39,311 nt of DNA from the NCBI GenBank assembly GCA_038241515.1, contig JBBSDO010000003.1:1-39311 (forward strand). The letters are read 5' to 3'. Source of the DNA: Elusimicrobiota bacterium (lineage in GTDB: Bacteria; Elusimicrobiota; Elusimicrobia; 2-01-FULL-59-12). The position numbers were made by a program, and so were the translations under genes. The notes under the pieces are model-generated. The model saw only the letters and a list, made by a program, of their open reading frames with translations. It was not told the origin of the DNA and searched no databases. Shown in pieces: positions 28,858-37,113 of this stretch; position 1 is the first letter of the stretch, and the number at the start of each line of letters is the position of its first letter.

Positions 28858-30204
28858 ATGAAAAAATCAAAAAGCACTGTCACGGCAAGCCGTTCTAAAC
28901 CTCGCCCTATTGAGCCGGCCAAGGGCCGATTGGGCATCTTACTTCCCGGAATGGGAGCAGTCGCCAGCACTTTTATTGCCGGGGTCCTGGCTTCGCGCAA
29001 AGGGTTGGGAAAACCCATTGGATCCCTTACGCAACTCGGGACCGTGCGATTGGGAAAGCGCACCGATCACCGGATTCCGAAAATCAAAGATTTTGTCCCC
29101 TTGAGCGATCTCAATGACTTGGTTTTTGGAGGATGGGACATATTCCCCGACAACGCTTACCAGGCCGCGTGCAAATCGGGCGTGCTCGAGCACAGCCATC
29201 TGGCGCCTCTGCGCGCGGAGTTAGAAAAAATTAAGCCCATGTCCGCCGCTTTTGATCCGGCTTATGTGTCCCGCATTTCCGGCCCCAACGTGAAAAAGGG
29301 CAGCTCTAAGATGGACCTGGCCCAGCAACTGATGGCTGACATCGCCCGCTTTAAAAAAACCAAGAACTGCGCGCGGCTCGTCATGGTCTGGTGCGGATCG
29401 ACAGAGAAATACCAAGTCGCGGCCGAAGCGCATAAATCGATCGCGGCTTTTGAAAAGGGACTGGAAGAAAGCTCTCCGGACATTGCGCCTAGCCAAATTT
29501 ACGCCTACGCGGCCCTGATGTCGGGCGTTCCGTTTGCCAATGGCGCGCCGAATTTGACCGTCGACATCCCTGCGATGAGGGACTTGGCGCATCGCGAGCG
29601 TCTTCCGATTTGCGGTAAGGACTTTAAGACGGGCCAAACCTTTATGAAAACAGTCCTGGCGCCGGCATTTAAAGCGCGTCTTTTAGGCCTGAATGGCTGG
29701 TTTTCCACGAATATCCTCGGCAATCGCGATGGAGAAGTGCTCGAAGACCCAGAGGCCTTCAAAACCAAAGAAGAATCCAAACTTTCTGTTCTTGAATACA
29801 TTCTGCAGCCCGATCTCTACCCGGAATTGTACGGTAATTACGATCACCGCGTGCGAATTAACTACTATCCGCCTCGCGGGGACAACAAAGAAGGTTGGGA
29901 CAATATCGACATTTTCGGCTGGCTAGGCTACCCGATGCAGATTAAAGTGAACTTTCTCTGCCGGGACTCCATTCTCGCGGCACCCATCGTTTTGGATTTA
30001 GCGCTTTTTTTGGATCTCGCCCAGCGCAGCGGCATGTCTGGCATCCAAGAATGGCTCTCGTTTTATTTCAAAAGCCCGATGGCCGCTCCCGGCCTTTACC
30101 CCGAGCATGACCTCTTCATTCAATTGATGAAGCTGAAAAACACCCTGCGCTATCTCCGAGGAGAAGAGCTCATCACGCACCTCGGAATTGAATATTACGA
30201 CTAG
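28858..30204 (+). CDS. ino1: myo-Inositol-1-phosphate synthase
   Basis: GMGAVAST, VFGGWD, GKDFKTGQT, NILGNRDG, GDNKE.WD, CRDSILAAP..LDL. Confidence 0.95.
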   Translation: MKKSKSTVTASRSKPRPIEPAKGRLGILLPGMGAVASTFIAGVLASRKGLGKPIGSLTQLGTVRLGKRTDHRIPKIKDFVPLSDLNDLVFGGWDIFPDNAYQAACKSGVLEHSHLAPLRAELEKIKPMSAAFDPAYVSRISGPNVKKGSSKMDLAQQLMADIARFKKTKNCARLVMVWCGSTEKYQVAAEAHKSIAAFEKGLEESSPDIAPSQIYAYAALMSGVPFANGAPNLTVDIPAMRDLAHRERLPICGKDFKTGQTFMKTVLAPAFKARLLGLNGWFSTNILGNRDGEVLEDPEAFKTKEESKLSVLEYILQPDLYPELYGNYDHRVRINYYPPRGDNKEGWDNIDIFGWLGYPMQIKVNFLCRDSILAAPIVLDLALFLDLAQRSGMSGIQEWLSFYFKSPMAAPGLYPEHDLFIQLMKLKNTLRYLRGEELITHLGIEYYD

Positions 30205-31666
30205 AGCCTTTAGTCCATCCTTGGCCCTTCGTCTCTCGCGCTTTTTACTCCTAGTCGCTTTTTGCGCCTCGTTGGTGCGAGCCGAAGATCTTCCCTCTGG
30301 AACCACGCAACAGACCACGATTTACCGCCGGCCCAAACAGCACCGTATGCGTGCGGTAGGTCGAAGCATGCAAGGCGCGATTCAGCGATCCTCTCCGAAC
30401 CCCGAAGTTCAGGGTACCTCCCATCAAGCCATGCCGCCCCATGCGCCTCCCATACCGACTATGACGCCGGCCGCGCCTGCTGCGCCTCCCACGGCGGCCG
30501 ATCGCTTTTTTGCGGCGGCCGCGCGCGTGATGACGCGCAGTTGGGGTGGAAATATCTTTGTCTGGCTCCCCGCCATCAGTACGGACCCCAATACGGGGCC
30601 CACCTACGGCATCTTGCCTGTGGTGGTCTTGGCCGATCCGGTGTCCCATCACATCCGGCACTTACTGGCGCCGTCCTTAACCCACAACGATCTTTTCGGC
30701 GTCACGGCCACCGGCCGGTATTACTTTTATCCCACGGATGCGAGCCAACTCTACGCCACAGCCAGCGTTTCGCAACACGCCAATCATGAAATCAAGGCGC
30801 GGTATGAAAATACGGCGGCCGAGGAAGGGGTGCTCTATGTCCGCGGGGAGGCCTACTACAGCGTCGACGCTTCGCCGCGATTCTTCGGACTCGGAGCGGG
30901 GACTCATGAAGGGGATGAGACGGGATATACCGCCAAAGAATCGGTGGTCCGCGGTGCCGTCGGAATTAATTTCTTTAAAGCCTGGCGTGCAACGGTGGGC
31001 GCTCGCCTGCGTCGTTACACGACCGAACGCACGATCATTCCACGTACAACGGACTTAGCCGACCGCTTTCCGGACGTTCCCGGGGTCGGCACGAACAACA
31101 CCATTGCCAACGAATTTCGGTTGCTTTGGGATACTCGCGATTCTCCTGTGACGCCGTCTCGAGGAAGTACTGGCGAGGTGTTTATGGAGAAGACCAGCAT
31201 CGCGCTGGGGAGCGATGCCGATTATTTTCGTTATGGCCTGGAGGGCCGCCGATTATTCCCCTGGAAAAATCCCAAGCAGACGACCGTGATTCATGCCTTG
31301 TATGAGAAAGTGAACGGCTCGTTCATCCCTTTTTATGAAATGCCGGCGGTAGGCGGCCGCACGACACTGCGCGGCTACGGCGATGGCCGCTTAACGGATC
31401 GGGGACGGCTCGTTTTCAACGTCGAGCAACGCATGACCTTCGCCTCGCTTGCCATGATGGGAATTCAGACGAATTTTGAAGTGGCGCCCTTTTTCGATCT
31501 GGGAACCGTTTTCCCTACGCTCACAGAAGTCCAACTTAAAAACTTCCGTCCCGTATACGGCGGGGCCTTTCGCGCCGCCGTGAAACCTAACGTGGTAGGC
31601 GATGTTGAAGTCGGCATCGGCAAAGAGGGACCCGCCGTGTTCGTCGACATTAATTATCCATTCTAG
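30188..31666 (+). CDS. Omp85 (BamA/TamA)-family barrel protein without obvious POTRA
   Basis: Signal-like N-terminus, Pro/Ala linker, WDTRDS...P.RG, GG..TLRGY..GR, FFDLG, terminal YPF. Start uncertain. Confidence 0.82.
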   Translation: MNITTRAFSPSLALRLSRFLLLVAFCASLVRAEDLPSGTTQQTTIYRRPKQHRMRAVGRSMQGAIQRSSPNPEVQGTSHQAMPPHAPPIPTMTPAAPAAPPTAADRFFAAAARVMTRSWGGNIFVWLPAISTDPNTGPTYGILPVVVLADPVSHHIRHLLAPSLTHNDLFGVTATGRYYFYPTDASQLYATASVSQHANHEIKARYENTAAEEGVLYVRGEAYYSVDASPRFFGLGAGTHEGDETGYTAKESVVRGAVGINFFKAWRATVGARLRRYTTERTIIPRTTDLADRFPDVPGVGTNNTIANEFRLLWDTRDSPVTPSRGSTGEVFMEKTSIALGSDADYFRYGLEGRRLFPWKNPKQTTVIHALYEKVNGSFIPFYEMPAVGGRTTLRGYGDGRLTDRGRLVFNVEQRMTFASLAMMGIQTNFEVAPFFDLGTVFPTLTEVQLKNFRPVYGGAFRAAVKPNVVGDVEVGIGKEGPAVFVDINYPF

Positions 31667-31706
31667 AGCGGCGGAGAGAGCGGCACCGACGTGGGGCGGT
31701 GGAGAG

Positions 31707-31853
31707 AACGGCGGCCGTCGGGAGGGGCTGCCGTCGGGAACCGCGGCCAACGGGAGCGTCAGCGAGAGGAAAGTTTTTTTAAACAGCCTACCTATTACCG
31801 CCCCTTCCGTTGGCCGCAGTTCACGATGGCCGCCGTTCACGATGGCCGCCGTT
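31707..31853. repeat. 16-mer-built palindromic element, copy 2 (inverted relative to copy 1)
   Basis: Reverse complement of 31775-31853 aligns to 27608-27690 with scattered mismatches. Confidence 0.88.
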
Positions 31854-31858
31854 TGATG

Positions 31859-32509
31859 TCACCGGTTCAGGGCTTGGTGGTTGTTGGTGAGAGGGGCGCG
31901 ATCCCAGACGAAGCGAATCAATTTCTGGGAGTCGCCTTCCGGATTATCGATAAAGAGGTCGGCAATATCTTCGGTCGTTTCCCAATGGAATTTTCGCTCC
32001 TGGTGGGACGGCCGCCCAAATAAAGTCTGAAGCGTATGCCTCACGTCATGCAGCAGGCTTTCGTCCTTGCTGTTTACCCGAATATCGAGCCGCTGAAGCG
32101 TGCTGGAATCGCGCGATTCATTCGGATAGAAAAAATAAAAGCCATTGCCTTGCCCGGTGATCACCTCGCATTTATAGTTCCACCGATCCTCAGGCCGGTA
32201 AGTCGTTCGGCTCGACGGACCTTTCTCGCAGTCGGCCATACTCTTTCCCGACCACTTCTCATAGGCGGCCCTTTTCATCCCCAGGAACACGAGGCCTTTG
32301 AACTCTCCCAAAAGAGCGTGCCGCTCCTCGGGACTGAGCGCGCGGTAACTGTCTTCAGAAACCCCTTTTGAAATGTCGAGAGGCGCTCGCGGTTGGTCCG
32401 TGGCCGACACAACCTCGCTAATAGAAGCACCCAAACTGTTAGCCGTCGGAAGGGAAAGCCAGGCCAGGACAACGAGCCGGGCAGGATGACGAAAACCCCA
32501 GGAAACCAT
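31859..32509 (-). CDS. Hypothetical exported protein
   Basis: 216-aa ORF, GGAG RBS, hydrophobic N-terminus. No family recognised. Confidence 0.65.
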   Translation of the reverse strand: MVSWGFRHPARLVVLAWLSLPTANSLGASISEVVSATDQPRAPLDISKGVSEDSYRALSPEERHALLGEFKGLVFLGMKRAAYEKWSGKSMADCEKGPSSRTTYRPEDRWNYKCEVITGQGNGFYFFYPNESRDSSTLQRLDIRVNSKDESLLHDVRHTLQTLFGRPSHQERKFHWETTEDIADLFIDNPEGDSQKLIRFVWDRAPLTNNHQALNR

Positions 32510-32590
32510 ATCTCCAATTAATACCTTACGGCAGGGAAATCTTCAAGTCCAAAAAATCTGCACTAAAAGACCCACGCAAAAATAGGCCAA

Positions 32591-33865
32591 TTATAGCGCT
32601 GCTTCGATTAAGGCGCAGACCTGGGGCAAGGGTAGGGAGGCTCGTACTTTTTCCCGCATCGCCGCGCAATTTTTTTTCAGCTCAGGTTCCGACCACAACC
32701 GCTGCAGTGTTTGGACGATAATCGGGGCTCTGTAGTCGTGCGGCATGAGCGTTAACCCGCAACCGAGACGTTCCACGCGGGCGGCGTTGTCCGGCTGGTC
32801 GTGGGCAAACGGGGTTATCAGCTGAGGCACCCCGGCCGCCAAAGCCTGCGCAGTCGTACCAATTCCCCCATGGTGCACGAAAGCGGCGGCTCGCGAGAGC
32901 AGTTGGCTAAAGGGCACATAATCAACGCTGAGTATGGACGGCGGTAAATGGGGCGGAAGCTGTTCGGGAAAACGTGTAACGAAGACGCCTCGCCGACCCA
33001 GGATTTCGCAAGCCTGCAAAGACTCTTTGAAGAAGTCTTTCCCTTGACGCATGGCGGATCCCGGCGTGAAGACAAGGGGTGCGTCTCCCCTTTTTAGAAA
33101 TCCGTCGAGCGCGGTGGGAAAGGGTTCAAGTTCGCTCGCATCGAAAAGGGGAAAGCCGGTGAGCCGCGTCTGCGGCGGCCAATCCTTTTGGGGAGCGGCA
33201 AACCACTCGGGAAATAACCCGATCACCCGCTGAGAGGAGTGCCACCAGTCTCCGGCGAGCCGTCGAATGGGTGGAAGGCCAAGCTCCGCTCGAAAACCAT
33301 TCACGGATGGCCCCAGCACGCGGTCGATGGCTTTATGAACGAGGGTATAGAACGCGCGCCTCAGAACGAGAGGCCACCACCGCGGAATGGAAAAGCGCGG
33401 AAAGACGGGCGGATCGTAGACACTCTGGAAAACACTTGGTTGGAGGTGAACCGTCACAAATGGAATTCCCAACTTTTCCTGAGCAATCCGCGCCCCCACA
33501 GCCAAGACCGACCCGACAAAAATGCTCTTTTGGGCGTTCTGCAGCCTCTTTATGAGTTCATAGAGCGGTCGAATATGCGGCAAAACACCGAACTCGCAAA
33601 CAAATTCGAATCCATGAATAGGATCCCAAAGCCGCGGGTCGTCGAGAGCGGCTCGGAATTCGGCCGCTGTTCCCAGGGGAATAAAGTCCAGCCCCGCCTT
33701 TTCGATGAGAGCCTGGAAATAGTCATTGGTGATGACCGTTACGCAGTGGCCACGCTTTTTAAGCGCCAAGCCGATTCCGACGAAAGGATGGACGTCGCCC
33801 GCGCTGCCGATGGGGATCAGATATATCCGACGAGGAACTACTTGAGGGGAAACTTCAACAACCAC
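32591..33865 (-). CDS. Family 1 glycosyltransferase (RhlB / sterol-GT-like)
   Basis: GSAGDVHPF, FTPGSA, YVPFSQLL, HHGGIGTT, AHDQPDNA. Start uncertain; the ORF-track N-terminus is repeat-derived. Confidence 0.92.
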   Translation of the reverse strand: MVVEVSPQVVPRRIYLIPIGSAGDVHPFVGIGLALKKRGHCVTVITNDYFQALIEKAGLDFIPLGTAAEFRAALDDPRLWDPIHGFEFVCEFGVLPHIRPLYELIKRLQNAQKSIFVGSVLAVGARIAQEKLGIPFVTVHLQPSVFQSVYDPPVFPRFSIPRWWPLVLRRAFYTLVHKAIDRVLGPSVNGFRAELGLPPIRRLAGDWWHSSQRVIGLFPEWFAAPQKDWPPQTRLTGFPLFDASELEPFPTALDGFLKRGDAPLVFTPGSAMRQGKDFFKESLQACEILGRRGVFVTRFPEQLPPHLPPSILSVDYVPFSQLLSRAAAFVHHGGIGTTAQALAAGVPQLITPFAHDQPDNAARVERLGCGLTLMPHDYRAPIIVQTLQRLWSEPELKKNCAAMREKVRASLPLPQVCALIEAAL

Positions 33866-33981
33866 GGAATTTAACATTGAGCATTGAACAATTAGCATTG
33901 AATAGTGCGAGCGTAAGCGGCACGCGGTGCATCCGAAATGCTAAATATTAAATGCTGATTGTTAAATGTTAAATTCCGTGG
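33862..33981. repeat. AT-rich (CATTGAA)n heptamer palindrome
   Basis: Perfect 17-bp terminal inverted repeat ccacggaatttaacatt / aatgttaaattccgtgg with internal heptamer arms. Confidence 0.85.
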
Positions 33982-33989
33982 CCGTTCCG

Positions 33990-34358
33990 TTAGTCGCGGT
34001 CCTTCCCGAGAATCGCGCCCAATAACACGCCCAGAAGGACGGAGAGCCCCACGGCGCGGGTCGGATACTTGCGGACCATGCGCTCGGCATCTTTGAACGC
34101 TTCTTCCCCCCGCTCACGAACGTCTCCCAGCGCTTCGACGCCTTGCTCTTTGGCGTCTTCCCACTTTTCCATCCCGGCCGCTTTGGCATGCTGCCAGGCT
34201 TCACGTCCTTTAATCTGAGCGCTTTTCCATGTCTCCTCGCCCTTTTCTTTAGCGAGTTCGGCCGCCTGCGCCAATTCTTTCCACCCTTGATTAAAATGGT
34301 CTCGTGCTTTATCGATGGCCTCTGCCCAGTTTTCTTTTCCATTGCTAGTTTCGCGCAT
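33990..34358 (-). CDS. DUF883 / YqjD-ElaB family tail-anchored protein
   Basis: Helical A/E/K-rich body, VRKYPTRAVGLSVLLGVLLGAIL tail; GGAGG RBS. Confidence 0.85.
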   Translation of the reverse strand: MRETSNGKENWAEAIDKARDHFNQGWKELAQAAELAKEKGEETWKSAQIKGREAWQHAKAAGMEKWEDAKEQGVEALGDVRERGEEAFKDAERMVRKYPTRAVGLSVLLGVLLGAILGKDRD

Positions 34359-34451
34359 TGTGCACCTCCAATAGTTGTTTAGACACCTGAATTGTAACTT
34401 TTCTGACAGGTAGCTAAACGAGGGTTTCGCTACGGGGTGGGAATGTAAAGA

Positions 34452-34572
34452 CGTCTTTCAGTTCTCAGTTCTCCGGTCTCGGATTTCCGTTCTCCGCTCT
34501 CCGATGCCCTGTCGTACACGTCTTCAGAGCAAGAGATCCGCGACCAGAAACCGGAAAACTGAGAACTGAAAG
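34452..34572. repeat. TTCTCAG-family palindromic element, solo copy 4
   Basis: cgtctttcagttctcagttctccggtctcgg ... ttcagagcaagagatccgcgaccagaaaccggaaaactgagaactgaaag, matching copies 1-3. Confidence 0.9.
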
Positions 34573-34595
34573 TTTTTCCTCAACTTGGGATCATC

Positions 34596-36722
34596 CTACA
34601 GGGACACTCCCGCGTTCCTTTTCAGATAGCTCGTTTCGAAAGAGCGCAGTCCATGGGCGAGCGTGCGAAGGAAAGGCGTCCAATGACTTCGTTTGAGCCA
34701 CGCGAGAGCCAGCAGGAAGCCAAGTATCAGGAAATAGACGGTTTTCATGACGTAGAGGTGCACATAAGTCATCGTGACTTGGGGCTCGCTGCCGACCACC
34801 ATGACTTGACCGAAATGAAACAGCTGTCCGGATGTAGGGACGTTAAATGCGATGGGGAATACGCCGGCTACCATTTGCTGAACGTTCCCCGAAAGCATCT
34901 CACTTTCTAACCTCGCTTGCCTTTTCGCCGGGGCATCCGACTCCTCCCCTCCTACTCCAGCAGCCATTGACGAAACCATTTTCTTTAGGTCAGCGTGGAA
35001 GCGCCCCTCCTTTGATCTCACAGCATCGACCGGCATGGACTTTGGTCGCTCGTCCAGAACGGCCTGTCCGGAAAGACTCGATAAAGCTCTGGCCAAGCTC
35101 CCTTTCTCCATGTCACCGCCGAAATGCAGAAAACGGTAGCGCTCGGGCAGATACAGCGACCAGAATACCCGGCTGACGGGTGCGTCCGGGATGGGGAAGC
35201 TCGTGGTGCGATATCCGACGACTCCGAATTTCGGAACCGGCATGTAGTAAACAATTTCCACCGGAAAACCCTGTTGCCCTCCATTTTCAATTTGCGATTT
35301 GGCAAGCGGAATGCGATAGCTATGGCCGTTTTCGACTTGCGTGGGCTTTACGGGTACCCCAGCCACAAAAGCGCTCCAGAGCTGGGCATTGGGCGGCAGT
35401 CGCAGCGAGAGATACTGCTTGAGGTGATTGCGCACTTGATAATCGATGCGCGTCACCATCTGACCGCGTTCGGTCATGAGCGTCACCGCATTGGCGTCGT
35501 CCACCGTCGTCGTTAAGACGGCGACTTCCGGATGCCGTTTCATCGACACTGAGAGCGCGTAGGGCTTGGTATAGCGAAAGGCAAACAAGATCGGTTGAGT
35601 CGCCACTAGCCAAAGGCTGCCGGGCAGCTCCTGGGGATCAATCGCGTTGAGGCCGGACGATTCTTGCACTTGCAGCTCAAGCGCGCCTTTGGCTTCAATG
35701 CCGATCGTCCCCTGTTCACGTTCTACACCCAAGGGTTTCACGCGCGGCACTTCCAAAACCTCCTCTTTCTCACCGATGGCTTTTTCCGCTTCGATCGAAA
35801 CTTGAAGATTACCTTTTTTGGCGTAGGCGAGTTGTACAACGATCGCCGGCCCTTGCGGCGTTTCAATCGGTTTCCATTCTTGAATTCCGTCGCAGGCGAC
35901 CGAAAGGATATTCCAGGCTTCGGGTACTAGCACGCGAATTTCACGAATTCCCCGGTGCAGGATGGTGTAATTCAGGTTCCAATGGCCCCGCGCTGTTCCT
36001 TCCGTTAAGGTCAGCAAGTTCTCACTTTCTACATACAGCTTGGCAGGTTCGGTGGCTTCATCCGCCAAGGCTTTTTGCCAATGCAGGGAAATGGTCGAGG
36101 TTGGAGGAATCGCTGCGGTAATGCGCGTACGAGTTCCAGAGGTTTCCGTCTCGACGCCCTGGGATGGCTCGATCGCGATGTCGAGTTTGGGACGACCAAA
36201 TTCCATGGACAGCAAAGTCAGCGGCGTCTCGACCACATTCAGCTGCAGTTGGGGGGCTTGCTCTTGCTCGGGGGCCTTGAGAGAGAACTGAATATGCAGG
36301 ATATGCCGGCCGGGGTTTTTGATGACGAGATTGTGAAATCCCCCTTCCTGGACGATTCCCACGGGATTCCCATCCAGACGCGCCAGCGTGATCGCCATCG
36401 ATGAAGGAAGGAATGGGATCTTGACCCATTTCTTGGCTTCGAAAACGTCAATATCGAAGAGACCTGTCATTTCGACTTTCTTTGTTTTGACGACTCCCTG
36501 GTAGGCGGCCTTGGTGATCGTGAAGGGAACGGGCGGAAGGTTTTCGGGATGCCGAAACTCTTCGACTGTTTTCTCCAGTCCCTGCATTTTGGACCACATT
36601 TCGTCGAACTTCTGCCAATTCATCGTCACTTGGCCGGCCGAGCCGAGCGGCAAGGCCTCCTCGGCAAAGACGAAGGTATTAAAGGCGAGCAGAGCGCTGA
36701 GGCAGATCTCAATTCGTTTCAT
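34596..36722 (-). CDS. Uncharacterised exported beta-rich protein with C-terminal membrane anchor
   Basis: GGAGG RBS and ATG 36722, signal peptide, 708 aa, TM near the C-terminus. Confidence 0.8.
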   Translation of the reverse strand: MKRIEICLSALLAFNTFVFAEEALPLGSAGQVTMNWQKFDEMWSKMQGLEKTVEEFRHPENLPPVPFTITKAAYQGVVKTKKVEMTGLFDIDVFEAKKWVKIPFLPSSMAITLARLDGNPVGIVQEGGFHNLVIKNPGRHILHIQFSLKAPEQEQAPQLQLNVVETPLTLLSMEFGRPKLDIAIEPSQGVETETSGTRTRITAAIPPTSTISLHWQKALADEATEPAKLYVESENLLTLTEGTARGHWNLNYTILHRGIREIRVLVPEAWNILSVACDGIQEWKPIETPQGPAIVVQLAYAKKGNLQVSIEAEKAIGEKEEVLEVPRVKPLGVEREQGTIGIEAKGALELQVQESSGLNAIDPQELPGSLWLVATQPILFAFRYTKPYALSVSMKRHPEVAVLTTTVDDANAVTLMTERGQMVTRIDYQVRNHLKQYLSLRLPPNAQLWSAFVAGVPVKPTQVENGHSYRIPLAKSQIENGGQQGFPVEIVYYMPVPKFGVVGYRTTSFPIPDAPVSRVFWSLYLPERYRFLHFGGDMEKGSLARALSSLSGQAVLDERPKSMPVDAVRSKEGRFHADLKKMVSSMAAGVGGEESDAPAKRQARLESEMLSGNVQQMVAGVFPIAFNVPTSGQLFHFGQVMVVGSEPQVTMTYVHLYVMKTVYFLILGFLLALAWLKRSHWTPFLRTLAHGLRSFETSYLKRNAGVSL

Positions 36723-36759
36723 GGTGTCCTCCAAGAGTCAAAGTCGTGAAGCTTGACGG

Positions 36760-36787
36760 TTGGACACCAGGAGAGTGGAAAGGTTCC
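36760..36787 (-). promoter_or_regulatory. Putative ECF-sigma promoter
   Basis: GGAACC-N16-GTCCAA, 37 nt before the ATG. Confidence 0.6.
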
Positions 36788-36956
36788 ACCACTAAAACTA
36801 TCAGACCTGAGCTGCGGGCTATCGGAAGTGAGCTATGGCCGTTGACTCTGCCCTTACGAGCGCTTGAGTCCTTACCATCGGCAGCATATCCAGCGTTCGT
36901 AAGGAATTGAAGGTTATCGACGGTGAACAAATAAGCACCGGAGTGGTTTCCTCTTT

Positions 36957-37046
36957 CCGTCGTTCCCCGCGGTTTCTGGCGGGGAACCCATCCTACAATC
37001 GACTACAAATGATGGGTCCTCCGCCAGAGGCCGCGGAGGATGACGG
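36957..37046. repeat. REP-like inverted pair (CCGTCATCCTCCGCGG..GGCGGAGGACCCATC family)
   Basis: Two 36-bp inverted arms, each with an internal hairpin, around an 18-bp spacer. Confidence 0.85.
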
Positions 37047-37113
37047 TGGGCGTGTTACTTATGGGTAAGGAGAAGCCATGTGGGAGAGGTAATTGTTTAA
37101 GAGAGGACAAGCT

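Noticed and set aside
31391-32023. Short ORFs containing PFTMAAV / RWPQFTMAA (also 27450-27695)
   Set aside because: The shared peptides come from the 16-mer palindrome, with no independent coding evidence.
36735-36930. c-di-GMP riboswitch, 6S RNA or the 73-aa ORF 36709-36930
   Set aside because: Consensus motifs are not convincingly present. The ORF has no RBS or recognisable features.
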